In this document: positions 10,015-23,478 of the stretch, one piece after another
Position numbering within the stretch: the first letter of the stretch is position 1
Layout: each line of letters opens with the position of its first letter
Assembly: GCA_051941275.1 (NCBI GenBank)
Contig: JAVEBF010000084.1
Coordinates: 1 to 32,200, forward strand
Direction: 5' to 3'
Source: Dirinaria sp. TL-2023a
Lineage: Eukaryota
DNA: 32,200 nt
Program-made: the position numbers and the translations under genes
Notes under the pieces: model-generated
The model's input: only the letters and a program-made list of their open reading frames with translations
What the model was told of the DNA's origin: nothing
Database searches by the model: none

Positions 10015-13000
10015 GGTTCATCGACGATAATAATACAGGGTGATTTACAGGATAATGTACAGTACAGAACGTTCGTGGAAAGTAGAGAATGGGAAAAGTC
10101 AGGGAAAATTGGGCGCTGTTTCAACAATCGGCAACGTTACATGATCGTTGCGTTCCCAACTTTCGATTTGAAGATAATCTTTCATGCAGCTAATGCGAGA
10201 CTAGAAACCAAAAGCGAGACATCGCATCTGGCTGATACGGGAAGGATGCTGCCCACCGTAGCGAGATTGTGGGAAATTCCACCACCGAGGCAGGGTTTTA
10301 TTAGACTGCCACCCATTGGATATGAGGTTCTTAAAATGTCTGGATGGCATGAGCTGGAAAATCGCTACCCGATCCAGCCACACCCTTGCCCGTGGCTGCT
10401 GTCAATCACGCTCAATAGCATAAAGTTTCAATAGCTATATTGGCCTCAGGAGAGACAGACTCAGCGTTCAGTGCTGTCTTGGCCAACTTCGTCCGTATCG
10501 ACGAAAGGTAAAGTAACTTGCTGAATAAAGTAACTTACTGAAATGCCAGGCCGAATATAGCTTCAAAAAAAAGTGCCTCGGTCCAAGTACGTATGATCTG
10601 CTGCTTGTGACGCAGGTCTCCTGCTTGAAGCATTTGCCGAAGTTAAGAGAGAAGAGGTAACCACGTTGAACCTGATTGTCGGGCGCGCAGAATCTTGCTC
10701 GGCCTAGAAGAGGTTTGTGGGACGGCCGTAAGCATTATTACGAAATTTCGGTGCCTTCTCAAGCACGCCATGAGGCTACCACAAAAGCAGCAAAGTCCAT
10801 GGAGAAGGAGTTGATGGACTACTTCCGCTCTGATTGAGGCTGTCTCATGATCTGATCATACCTGGTCTGGAACCAACTGGTAGATTTTAGAGGTGAAGTA
10901 AGGAGGAGAACAATGTCTACCTATGCCACCAAAGTCTCACTTGTTTGCCGTATTTATGGGGCGGGTAGGCGAACGCTTCGAAAGACCGAAAGACAATGCC
11001 ATGTCCGTGCTGATGTCTGCTTGCGATAAGGTACTGTAAGGTACTCCGTACGCGCACCTCGACGAAGTGTCATAGCGCGTCCCACACACCCAAGCATTTT
11101 CCCTCGATGTCGAGAACAGGAATCAACTTTACGGGGTATTATTAGCCATGCCGACGGCATGGCCTATCCTGGTCTGTTTTTTAGATATGATCCAATGTTC
11201 TGGATCTCCGACGAAGTCCAGCGACGTACGACATCAACAAGTCTAGCGTCCCCGGGTTGATTGTCAGCAAACTGTATCATGCTGTTGAAAGCTGACCTAA
11301 GCATAATCTATACGCATAGGATAACGATACCCGCGTTTATGGTAGGTCGAGAGGGTGCTCAGTACTGCTTACTACTCTGATCGACCAGTTACTTTCTTGG
11401 ATCTATACCAATACTCGCTATGTCCCCCAACAATAGCCCAGCATTATTAAAGTCGAGGAAAGGATATGAGGCCTCGAGGCCTAGAGCCTAGCTATACTTT
11501 AGGGTTTGTTTCTAAAACGGTGACAGGTGCTATCCGACCTAGTAGTGGTTACAGCTTGGTATCGGAAGCCGTCGTCCAATAGATCGACGGTCCGCGTTTT
11601 TTCGTTCTACTAAAAGGCACTGTTGGACTTCATCTCGCCAAGTCTACAGCGGAATTTATGAGCCGCAATTGGCGCGTGCAAAAGTCTCTCTGCCTTATGT
11701 CCATGCGCATTTATCACTGCTTACTTTCGTCTATTAATATCTTCCTTTCTCAACTCGATGGTTCATGATTAAACTACAAGAGTCTTCTTTTTCTAGCGCC
11801 TTTTAACACTTAACGATTTATCGATTTGATAGTGGCACTTTCACGGAGAATCGGTTCATCGACACTTCGTGAAAACGTTATGTTGCTAAAATTCCGTTCT
11901 TTCGCTAGAGAGGAGTGTCTGCATTGAATCTCGAGACAGCAAGAGATCGAAGGATGTTTATTTGAGAGATGGAATCGAATTGAAGACACTGAATAAGAAC
12001 GATGTGACGGCAATGGGATTTCTTTTAAAAAAAAAAAGTTCCTTTCTAAATCGCGGATGTAGGGGAAGGTAGAATTTCTAGATGTCAAGGTTTCACAACA
12101 TACATTCATACACCAAATACTAATCGGCTAGCAATGCAAATGCCTCACTCATACAACCAACCTTGAATGAGTCCACCTCGTAGATCTTGGATTGGCTTTG
12201 GCGGCTTTGCCGACCAATCGTACATAGGAGACTGCCGTTTCCTAAGCTTCCTTTTTTCCTCTCTTGATCTCCTATTTGCTTGCTTTCCTGTGCCTTTTGG
12301 CCTCGAGCAACTTCATTGTTCTTCAATGGCATATGCAGATTAAGATCTTCCTCACACTTCTGCCAAGACTATCGAGAGTCGATGGAATGGGGCGTGCATA
12401 TTGACGTGATAAAAGAGTATAGTGCTCCTGTTGAGCTGTCTTTGATATATGCCCAAGCGATGCCGAATACACTGTATGCCTGCCTCATTGGACATGTACA
12501 ATACTGCTTCGTCGCCTTGTTTGGTTTTTGAATAGCGCAGCCTAGCAGTGTCCAAGTCGTAACAGGCGCGAATTTGGAAGGTCTGTTCTCCATCTCTTGC
12601 GTTCAGGTTGTTGACTACTTTGTGACGGGAGCTAAGAGGTGCGCAGATCAAGGCAATCGTGCGATTCGGAGAACGAGGATTCTGGAGTCGGTTTCCGGCA
12701 TGTGTAAGGCGGATGTCGGCAGTATATAGGGCGCGCAAGAAACAGGGATGTGTATCGTATCGGGAAGACGAGGGAAGGCACGACCTAAGGTCAGTGCTGA
12801 AAACGTTGGATACGATAAAGGAACTGGGGGTGCAGATGGGGGCGCATTTCGCGGATACTTCTAGGACGTCGACGTCGAGGAGACATTGCCTTTGACAACG
12901 ATTGGAATATATAGCTGTGTCACCTTTAGTGAGCTATCACGGTACAAATATATACTTTGCCTAAAGGCCTGCATTGGACGAGGATCCATCGACGTGGGGT

Positions 13001-13388
13001 TCTACTGATTTTCCTGAAGCCTGTGGACGTAAAACTTGTGCGGTGCGAGCCTAACACAGTTGAATGTCACCGCCGAATATCTCCTCTGCCAATAGCAAAA
13101 TCTCTGTCTTCTGTGACTGAAAGAGTTAATGTTACCGTAATGTGAAGCACAACAGTCTTCGCCCAGCGGCGCAGACTCGGTACCGTAGAGACAATCTGTT
13201 AGGGTTCCGTAGCACGCCTCTCACGCCACAATTACAGTAGCATCTGGCCTTATTTATTCTAATTCATCCACGCCGTATGAATAAAAATATCATGACGTTC
13301 GCGAGCATCACGATTGTGCCTTGTTAAGAAGGGTCGTCGCGGCTCCTATGATCGGCATCACAGAAATGAGGGCCGTGGGGCAGCTCCG

Positions 13389-16300
13389 ATGAGCTCTGCA
13401 TATGGAGAGGCCGAAGATGGTCACGCGCACAGCACAAGCACTGCGAATGAGGGTGACGATCAGGATAATGTCGAGACAAACGCAGAATATGGAGCAGATG
13501 ACTTGGTTGAGCTATCTCGACCCACGGTCTCGAGCCAGTCCGAGAGCGAACCCGAAAAGAGCGAGGATGAAAACAGCTTAAGCATCGCGGAGAAAGCTGA
13601 TTACGATCGCGAATCAGACATCACAAAGGACGCATCTCAAGGGGCTCACGTTGCTGCAACACATCTTTTGGGAGATGGAAGGCCATCAAGCGCTGATGGA
13701 TCTCTATCGATCCCAGATGATTCACCGTCTATCCAGGTAAGAAAGGGTTTACCATCATGAGGTTTCAGTTTTAACATTATTCGAGGGTTCGGCGACGTCC
13801 TCAACTGGAAGACGTTTCCACTCTCCGGCCTATGGCTCAAGTCCTACACCTTCACTACGGCCCTTCGATCGACGTTTCCAGGCGCGCTTGTCTTCTTCAC
13901 CTGCAAATTCCTATCGAGCTTCCTCTCCAGCTTTCCTCGATGTACGTTCTCGACAATCATCAGTGAGCCATTCAATTCGTGACATTGGTGATGCGGAGAC
14001 GAATCAGGCACCGTGGGATGTTGTGAGATGGACCAAACTCAGGAAAATAACAGGCCAAGCATGCTCTGAGATAGGCAAACGGAACTTTGGGAAACCTACA
14101 TGCATCGCAGTATCTGCGTCAATAGCCTTAGGCACTTCCAAGGGTATAATATTGGTTTTCGATTACAATCAGGATTTGAAGTCCATCATCGGTCCTGGTA
14201 GCAAAGGTTGGTTTCTGTTCAAGTGGATTTTCACGGCATTTTTCTGACTCGATCACGGTGCGCAGCGGTCGAATGCGGAGCAGTGACTTCGATTAGCATT
14301 TCAGCCGACCTCTCTACTATTGCCGGCGGACATGCTTCTGGTCACATTTTTACGTGGGAGCTCGCAAAACCCGCAAAGCCCTTTCTTCAGATTGTGCCCA
14401 TCGACCAACGACGTAATCCTGAGGCCGATGGACACTTCGCAGATGCCGCAGTTTTGCATGTCGGCTTTCTGGGCACAAGACACACGGCGCTGGTTTCAGC
14501 CGACGACAAAGGCATGGCGTTTTCCCATTTAGCAACACGTGGTATGGGGATTGTTGCGCGCACTGTTCGCACCACCAGGATTCTGGGTCGTTACCCAAAT
14601 AGCACGCAAACCCATTCGGTGTCACGAAAGCCAAGCTCTGTTCTTGCCTTTTCGCCGCTTTCCCTTGGTAATGCCGAACATGCGGCTGATACCATGGGGC
14701 TTGTAGCGATGTTAACGCCGTACCTGCTGGTAATAGTGTCGACAACCCCAATAGCGCAAACCCAATACAAGACCGCAAGACCAAAAGAGCTTGCACATAC
14801 AGCCATGAGCGCTGCTCTGGCTTGGTTTCCGAGTGTAAAGCTCAAGGCCCAGGATTCGGATAGCGCAGCAGTCTCTAGAGCTAAGCTTGTATATTGCTGG
14901 TCGAACATCCTCACTGTACTCGAAGTTGTCGAAGTCGAGCCCTCAGAACCAAGCGAAAAAGACGCAGCACCCTCATTGCAGTTTCGACCCAGAAGCAGAT
15001 GGAAAGCAGAAGAGGCAATCGTTGCTGTGCAATGGCTTGGTAGGTCAGTCCTGGCAATTCTCACGATCACTCAACAGCTTGTAATTCTCGAGGACAACTC
15101 CCTGCGGATGACTGATACCTCGGATTTGATTCCAAAACACATTTATCACAGGGACCTTTTCTCCCAGCACCTTAGCTGGCTCGTTGAAACTCTCGACGAA
15201 GAAGATACTTCTATGCATGGCGTTGTGGCCGATGCTTATTACATGAGCTTCAGAGCTTACAAGGGAAGGCTGTTCTTGCTTGGCTATAACGAAGTCTGCT
15301 TTGGTACAATGTCGAATTGGGCTGACCGGCTTCTGGCCCTCATGGAGGAAGGGAAATTCATAAGCGCGATCGAGCTGGCCACGTCCTACTATGTGGGAAA
15401 GGGAGAGAAGGTTACAGTCGGTCTTCCTGAAAACGATACCTCGAGGCATAACCTTGTTAACGAGAAGCTTCTTGAAATGATTTCCGCTTCGCTCAAGTTT
15501 GCGTTTGGCAAGAACAAAATTGCACAGGATAAACAACTTGATAGCAACCAACTCGAGGACCTTGCGGCTGCCTGTATCGATGCATGCTCGAGCACGGATG
15601 ACCTAGACTTCCTTTGTGAGAATGTATATCCGTGGTATGAGGAGGCCCGTGTCGAAGGCATATTCTTGGAGACTCTGGAACCGCATATATTGGACGGCGG
15701 GATTGAGAGTCTGCCTCCTACGATGATCAAAGACCTAGTCGGGCATTATACCAGCCAGGGCCTTGGTGCCCGCCTTGAGGAGATCCTTTGCCATCTCGAT
15801 TCTCATATGATGGACATCGACCAGATTACCTCGCTTTGCAAGAGAAATGGCCTTTGGGACGCATTGCTTTACGTGTGGAGTCAAGCGCTGAACGATTATA
15901 CTTCTATTCTCGATGATCTGCTAGCCTCGACCCTTCCAACCAATGGAGCAAGCCTTGATTCGGCAACAGGGTTGTCACGAACGGCGAGCGCGTCAAAAGT
16001 CTTTCCCTATCTTTCCTGCGTCCTGACAGGGCGCATTTATCCTACAGGTAAAGAGATGATTGAAGAACAAGCTTTCGCGGCCAAGGCGGAGGTATACCAC
16101 TATTTTTTCCCAAGGAGTACCAAGGGGCGAGCGCACGAATCTCAATATGCCAGCCACACTTCAGTCGTATCATACCCCAAACTTCGCCGCGTACTCGACT
16201 TTGATGCACCAAGCTTCCTCACCATGCTGAACGAAGCGTTTGAAGATTCATTTTTAGACGGACAGCATCCTCAGGCTGCGGACGGGTCAACACAGAATTT

Positions 16301-18320
16301 GAATGAGGAACAGACGTCCGGGTCTCCGGTAAAAAGGCAGACAATTGTCGATATTTTACTCGACGTCATGAGTCCGCCGAACTACGAACCTGACGACACA
16401 GTCTACCTGGATATGTTCATTGCTCGTAACCTGCCCAAATTCCCACAATTCATATTGCTTTCAGGACGCGTCCTGCACAGTGTCCTGAAAAGGCTATGTG
16501 AATTCCCAGATGATGGGGTCGCCGAAGACTGCCAACTAAGCGTCGAATACCTACTGTCCGCGTATCAGCCTCCTGACCTACCTTCGCTTATACCATTGAT
16601 ACACGATGCGCACTTCTACCGAGTGTTGAAGTCGATCTACAGAGCCGATAGACAATACGCGAAGCTTTTGGAAACTTGCTTTGAAGATGCAAGCAACCCC
16701 GACGCCATATTCGAATGCATTGGCGACTGCCTCAGACCCAGCACTGGGCTCAATGGAAGACAGATTGACGACGTTCGCCAGGTTCTTATCAAGTCCGCCC
16801 CGCAGCTGGCCTTTGCAGATCCCGTCAGAGCGGCATCGATTATAGATCAATATGCCAAGGATTTACATCCGATAATGCTCCAAGCACTAGATGAGGATGA
16901 GCGAGCTCAGCTCAATTACCTCCAGACGTTACTCGAACCCAGATCTGAAGCAGTGAACGAAGGCGCTAATCAATACAAGAAGCAGCATCTCATTGAGCAA
17001 TACGTTCGACTTCTTTGCATTTACGATCCTCACCATGTCAGCGAATATGTTGAGCACCTCAACTCGGGAGATTTGCGACTTGATCAGGTTCTGCCCGCGC
17101 TCGAAAGTAGTGGCGTGGTCGATGCGGCCATCGTTCTTATGGCGAGAGAGGGCAGAGTCCGCGATGGTATCGACAGGTTCACGCAGCACCTCAGAAAATT
17201 GAAGGCTGCCCTCGTTGGTCTGCTCGAAGGTGCCCAGGCAGTCCCAGACGCAGCCAACGCTACAGAAGCAATCCAACACCTTGCAGGCTCAATTCAGAAA
17301 TACGTTCGGGTTGGCATTTGGCTTTGCCGTGGACAGACTAAGTCATTGCATCAAAGCAAAGCGCAGCTAAAGACGCTGCAACGCTCGGAAAATGTCGAGG
17401 GCCAGCTTTCAGTGGACGAGAAGCTGTGGCTTGATCTCATCGATGCCGTCGTAGCAATCACAAGGGACGTAAGCGAGATTATAAAGCCTACGGAGGACGA
17501 GAACGAAGAGTGGAATACACAAAAACAGGACGAAGATCCCGCTGCGCCCACCCTCAGATCCTCACAGGTCGTCGCACAACTTCGCACGGTGGTGCAAGAA
17601 GCCTTTACGGCTCTGTTGGCCACCACCAATGCGCCTCGGACACCAGACGTGCGGCGTGCAGACGCTCCCTTTTTGCGGATATTGCGCGCCTTTCTCGGCC
17701 GTGCTTCGATGTCATCCTCCTCCTTGTCGAACCTGCGCTCTGTATTGAGCGCCATCTTCTCCGCATACGCTTATGAGGAGTCGCTGCTTGCTTTAGCCAA
17801 CCGTCTCCTCGATAAGGACCTTTTCGCCCACCTCAATGAAGCGGATACGTTGAGAAGAAGAGGGTGGAGACCGCTGGGCCAAGTATGTGAGGGCTGCGGC
17901 AAACGTGCGTGGGGCCCAGGAACGGGCGTGCACGTCTGGGAAGCCTGGAAACGACAGAACGAAAAGAGAGCCCACCAACCGCACGAATCAGGTAAAGCTG
18001 TTGAGCGTGGATCCGACATGAAGATGGGTGCGGGTGGCAAAGGCAAGGCCGCAACCGCCGGTCATGGGAAGGTCGTGGCAGTGCCAGATGGGGGACCCGA
18101 GGCAATGGATGGAAGGATGATGATGGGCGGGCAGGAAGCCGGAAGCGATGAGCGGAACGGCAAAGAAGATTTGGGTGCGTTGGCCATCTTCGCGTGCCGG
18201 CACATGTTCCACCGGCAGTGCTTGGTGGAGATGCAAGGAACGGAGGATCGAGGGGAAACAGGAAATGCGCCGAGGGGTTCGTTGGGGCCAGAGCTCGCAT
18301 GTCCCCTGTGCACACACTGA
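13389..18320 (+). CDS. VPS8: Vacuolar protein sorting protein Vps8 (CORVET subunit); exons 13389-13736, 13786-14206, 14266-18320, about 1607 aa
   Basis: Acidic N-terminus, SPTPSLRPFDRRFQ, PWDVVRWTKLRKI, WD40-like region (GTSKGIILVFDY, HTALVSADDKGMAFSHL), Vps8 region (WADRLLALME, LEEILCHLD), clathrin-repeat-like region, split C-terminal RING (CEGC...CRHMFHRQC...CPLC). Introns 13737-13785 and 14207-14265 restore a single frame. Confidence 0.93.
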
Positions 18321-18437
18321 GGAGGGAAGGGGGCGGCGGCGGCCGGTATCAGGTGAAGATTCGAGCAATCTTCTTGTATTGTAAAATTTTTAGATCGATG
18401 CCAGATTTTTGCCATGTGCAGATCCAGGGATAAGGCA

Positions 18438-18456
18438 TCTCTCTCTCTCTCTCTCT
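18438..18456. repeat. (TC)n microsatellite downstream of VPS8
   Basis: About 9 consecutive TC units. Confidence 0.8.
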
Positions 18457-18735
18457 CCCTACCTATTTTACGGTAGATAGAACTGCAAGATACCTTAAGG
18501 CAAAGTACTTTACTCGAGAGACATGGCGCCACTACCTTACTCTACAGTACCTTATGCTAAGGTAGGTCCAGAGTTTATCCTCCAGGGCAGGTTCGAGTAC
18601 ACCCGAAACGACCCTGGTGGTCCCTTTTCTTCGTAAGATGAGATCTGGGAATGGCCCCTGAGATGCTTTGCCATATTCACATCCAATCGTTGGCCACATT
18701 CATGCTCTGGCTTCTACTGTACCTACTTCATGCGG

Positions 18736-18736
18736 C

Positions 18737-18795
<59 letters not shown>
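18736..18795. repeat. Compound (TC)n-(TTTC)n microsatellite
   Basis: About 17 TC units (18743-18776) followed by TTTC units. Confidence 0.9.
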
Positions 18796-19911
18796 GCGTT
18801 GATGCCAAGGCTTGAGTGAGTGTTTCAGGATAGGACGCGTACCGTATTCCAACAACCAATCCATCTCATCCCCGCCGTAACTCTAATATTCCTTTTCCCC
18901 ACCATTCCACACCAACTTCTGATTAATTATTCACATCCACGACATGTCTGACGCGTCGTGCAGGACGGGGGAGGGGTGGATGGGGATTGAGGAAGGCGAT
19001 CAGGGCTTTAGGGTTGTCACCGAGACTCTGTTTCAGGATATGATTTGCTGCTGGCGTGATTTGGTCTTTGGATGGGTTGATGGGGCAGTCACACATGATT
19101 GAGTGTCTCAGCGAGCGGATTGGCTGGCGTGGTCCATCTATTCCCCCTCCCACCGCTCGCTTGCATGTTTCGGCCCGCGCCAAACCCCGAGTAGCGTTTT
19201 TGGCCTTTTGGGACTCGCAAGCCCATCCAGACCTTACCTTAATCATCCTCCTACTCTGCTCGACCGAGGCTTTGCAGCAGGGCCCCCCATGTGGAAAAAC
19301 GGCAGATACTGAATCCAAACACCCCCGTGATGATGAAGGTTGGTCACTTATTGATGTCGGCGCATAAATCATCTAAATTGTAAGGGGCCTCATCCTACTG
19401 GGCCCCACGCACACCCGTCGCCTTGACTTTCTCTCTCCCCCATCGCGACTTTGTGGATCACAGGTTGCTAGGCACTGATCTTCTCAGTCTTGACGCCATA
19501 CGATGCCTGCAATGGGCAGAGAGTCTTGATCTAGATCAAGCCTGCCTTGGTAAACATGAATCTGGCATCCCCTGCAAGCTTCTCACCACTCGAGTCGTCT
19601 GTTTTTGTTTTTGTTTCAGGGTGACCAGTGACAGCACTCACCATGGGGCCGTGGGGCAGGACAGCTCGACTCCTGAGTTTGGGATGCATCCTTGGAACAT
19701 GGACCTTTTGATTATTGGGGGCACTTTGCTATATCTCTATTACTCTCTCTTTTTTTCTTTTCTTGTTTTCTTCTTTCCTTCGCCAAGTGCAGCTATCTTC
19801 TTCCCAGTCACTCTTTAGGCGGTGTGGTCGAGTCGGTTTTTCATCTAAGAACTGTGCATTTCGTGCAGCTTCTGTATACTGGTTATACACGTTTCGTTTC
19901 ATTCACACAGC

Positions 19912-21394
19912 ATGTATTTCGCTACCCTGCTCCTCGGCGCTCGGCTCGCCCAACTCGGCCTTGCCGCCTACAGCTTGAAAGATGATTACTCGGGAAACAA
20001 CTTCGCCAACATGTTCGGCTTTGATACCGTGAGTCTGAAGAGAATTTACGCAAGCACCGGTGCTGACCAAACGATAGGAGGATGATCCTACCCATGGCTA
20101 CGTCAACTACGTGGACCAGAACACTGCCCAGTCGCAGGGCTTGTACAGCGTCAACAACGGGGTGGTGACGCTTGGTGTCGATCATACGAACGTAGCGTCC
20201 GGGCGAGGACGCAACAGCATTCGTGTTACGAGTCACGCTCAGTACACACATGGACTTGTTGTACTTGATCTAGCCCACATGCCTGGCAGCATCTGCGGCA
20301 CATGGCCTGCATTGTGAGCTTTCAATCTTTCTTCTCCAAGAGCAAGCCATGCTGACTGGGACTTCAGCTGGATGACAGGTCCCAACTGGCCGAATAGTGG
20401 AGAAATCGATATCATTGAAGGCGTCAATAGCCAATCCCAAAACAAGATGAGCTTGCATACCAGTGATGGTTGCTCCGTCCCTCAGGGTAACTGCCAAGGC
20501 AACCAAGGTTGTTCTATTGACAACGGCGGCTCAAGCTCCTATGGCAATGGCTTTAACTCCGCAAATGGAGGCACTTACGCTATGGAATGGACCAGCTCAC
20601 AGATTAGCGTCTGGTTCTTCTCTCGTGGTAGCGAGCCAAGTGACATCAACTCTGCCAGTCCAAATCCCACGAATTGGGGCAGTCCTACTGCAAGCTTCGC
20701 AAGTGGTTCAAGCTGCGATATCGATTCGCATTTCATGAACAACAACATTGTATTTGACACTACGTTCTGCGGCGACTGGGCTGGTCAAGTCTTTTCTTCC
20801 GACAGCACTTGCTCTGCGTTAGCGTCCAGTTGTACGGACTATGTCCAGAACAATCCGAGCGCATTTGCGAACGCTTACTGGGCAATCAATTACCTTAAGG
20901 TATACGAGCAGGGAGGCGCCTCTACTCAAGTTGCTATTGCCACTTCTTCGTCGGTCCACTCTGCTGCTTCGATCGCCCAAACTGCTTCATCGGCTCCCAT
21001 TCCAACATATCATTCCTCGTCCGCCGCTCAACCCCCGCCATCAGGCCATGTCAGCTCGTTAATAGGCAGGTCTACCACAAGCGAGAGTCCCGGTGTTCCG
21101 AGCGCCACGCCTGCTTCGCCACCAGAAACAGGGTCTGTGGCCACGCACACAGTCGTTGGTACTGGCATCGTTACTCAAACACGACAATCATCGGCGTCTC
21201 CAGAAGCAATGTCAGTGACCACCGAATACACTACTGGTAATGGGGTTGTTACTCAGACAGCGGAACCATGGACAGGCAGAGGATCTCATCACGGACACCA
21301 GCGTCCTCCAAGTCCATGGCAGGGAGGTCCGCAGGTCAGGAGGAGCAGGGTAGCGAGGCATATCAGGGAACATGCGGGTGGACACCACTCTTAG
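19912..21394 (+). CDS. Secreted GH16 endo-1,3(4)-beta-glucanase (fungal Lam16A/Mlg1-like) with Ser/Thr-rich tail; exons 19912-20028, 20078-20313, 20368-21394, about 459 aa
   Basis: Signal peptide MYFATLLLGARLAQLGLAA; DPTHGYVNY; GRGRNSIR; HMPGSICGTWPAFW; catalytic GEIDIIEG; IVFDTTFCGDWAG. Introns GTGAGT..GCTGAC..TAG and GTGAGC..GCTGAC..CAG. The first acceptor could be 3 nt further downstream. Confidence 0.92.
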
Positions 21395-21967
21395 ACCACC
21401 TGACGAGGATGCAACTCTTTTTGCTCGGCGTGGAGCTGCTCCGCGATTCATTCGTTCACGATATAATTCGGCCCCTGGTGGTTGGACCTTTCGACATCGC
21501 AATATATTCTGGCATCCCAGATACACATACTTTGAAGGATAATCCCGGTTTTGAATGTCGGGAAGAATTATCTGTACATAATTCACTTCTTGAATGATCA
21601 GCACATAGCCATTGACAAGACCAAGCATTTGCCTGACTGCCGTGCTCAAAAGGACCAGCATGTGATATGCACAAGTTAAAATTCTGAAAACAACCTACAA
21701 CTCAAGCCCCTGCCAAGACTTGCGGAAGCCTTTCCTTATCCGACTTAGCCCCATCCAAAAGCTTGAGACGCAACTTCAAGAAGTTTTAGTGGCCTGATTG
21801 ATAGTCTGCAGGCGCATTTACTCTCGTAGCATCTTTCATCCTCAATGACGTTTCTCCTAAGGTCCATCGTCTTTTCTCCCCTCTAGACCTGTGCTGTATC
21901 CTCCTGTGATTCCTCGAGGCCCTCCCCGCAAACTCATTGATTGGAACGTGGGCGGCTGCTTTTGACA

Positions 21968-23478
21968 ATGCCCGCCAAATCCCGCTTCACCCGCCTGGAC
22001 GCCTTTACAAAGACCGTCGAGGATGCGCGGATACGGACGACATCTGGCGGCGTCGTCACAATCGCTTCGCTGCTCATAGTACTATATCTGGTATGGGGAG
22101 AATGGGCCGACTACAGGCGGGTGGTCGTCAATCCGGAATTAATCGTCGACAAAGGCCGAGGTATGTCCTATGTCCTCGACATTGGCGGATGCGTGCTGCA
22201 TCGGCGCGTCCAGAACGGGATGAAGAGGAAGGTTACCGTGGCTGACAAAATCCAATTCTTCAGGCGAGAAAATGGAAATCCACCTTAATGTCACATTCCC
22301 CCGCATCCCCTGCGAGCTGCTTACCCTGGACATTATGGACGTGTCTGGCGAACAACAAACTGGCGTTAAGCACGGCATAAACAAGATCCAACTCTCACCG
22401 CGCTCCCAAGGTTCTCTTCCCATCTCACAATCCTCTCTTGCCCTGCACTCTGAGGCCGACGCAGCGACCCACCTCGACCCTTCGTACTGCGGAAACTGCT
22501 ACGGCGCACCGGCTCCAGAGACTGCTTCTAAGCCAGGGTGCTGTCAGACGTGTGAAGAAGTCAGAGAGGCATATGCGGGCGTCTCATGGGCGTTTGGGCG
22601 GGGTGAGAATGTTGAGCAGTGCGAGCGGGAGCACTACAGCGAGAAGTTGGACCAGGAACGAGAGCAAGGCTGCAGGATCGAAGGAGGCTTCAGGGTGAAC
22701 AAAGTCATTGGGAACTTCCACATCGCACCCGGTCGAAGTTTCAGCAATGGACAGATGCATGTTCACGATCTAAATAATTATCTCGACAGTCCCATCGAGG
22801 GTGGTCATACATTTACGCATGAAATTCACCAATTGAGGTTCGGGCCACAATTACCGGATGGTCTGAGCGGAACTATCGGGAATGCGGGCTGGACAAGCCA
22901 TCACCTGAACCCGTTGGACGATACTAGGCAGGACACGGATGATCCGGCTTTCAACTACATGTATTTCGTCAAGGTGGTCAGCACGTCTTACCTACCGCTC
23001 GGCTGGGACACCAAACAGTCGCCAGGGAATCGAAAGCGGGATGCGTACTTGGGCGCAGACAGCGAGCTGATACCCCTGGGTCTGCACGGAAGGAGTGAGG
23101 ATGGCAGTGTGGAGACGCATCAATACTCGGTCACGAGTCACAAAAGGAGTTTGAGCGGAGGCAGTGATTCGGCCGAAGGCCACAAGGAGAGATTGCATGC
23201 GAGGGGCGGGATTCCGGGTGTTTTTGTGTCATATGTAAGCTCTTCTCCCTCAACTTCCTCTTCTGAGCTCGTCTTCTTCATGTATCTACGCTCACACTCA
23301 TATGTCACAGGATATTTCACCCATGAAAGTCATCAACCGGGAGTCTCGTCCTAAATCTTTTACGGGCTTCTTAACCGGCGTGTGCGCGAGTATAGGAGGT
23401 ACGCTGACTGTGGCGGCAGCCGTAGACAGAGGACTGTATGAAGGTGCGCGGAGAATTGGAAAGGTGCATCTGCGGTGA
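21968..23478 (+). CDS. ERV46: COPII vesicle / ERGIC protein Erv46 (ERGIC3 family); exons 21968-22160, 22264-23234, 23311-23478, about 443 aa
   Basis: LDAFTKTVEDARIRTTSGG plus TM1; YCGNCYGA, CCQTCEEVREAY, EQGCRIEG, NKVIGNFHIAPG, GIPGVFVSYDISPMKVINRE, FLTGVCASIGGTLTVA (TM2). Introns 22161-22263 (GTATGT..CAG) and 23235-23310 (GTAAGC..CAG). Confidence 0.95.

Noticed and set aside
10899..11029. Shine-Dalgarno-like TAAGGAGG 6 nt before an ATG (10913) opening a 38-aa ORF
   Set aside because: Eukaryotic context, tiny ORF, no recognisable product; most likely chance and not evidence of a bacterial fragment.
6385..19020. Isolated TTAGGG/CCCTAA-like hexamers (e.g. near 6391, 7135, 11499, 13199, 19008)
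   Set aside because: Single scattered copies with no tandem array; not telomeric.
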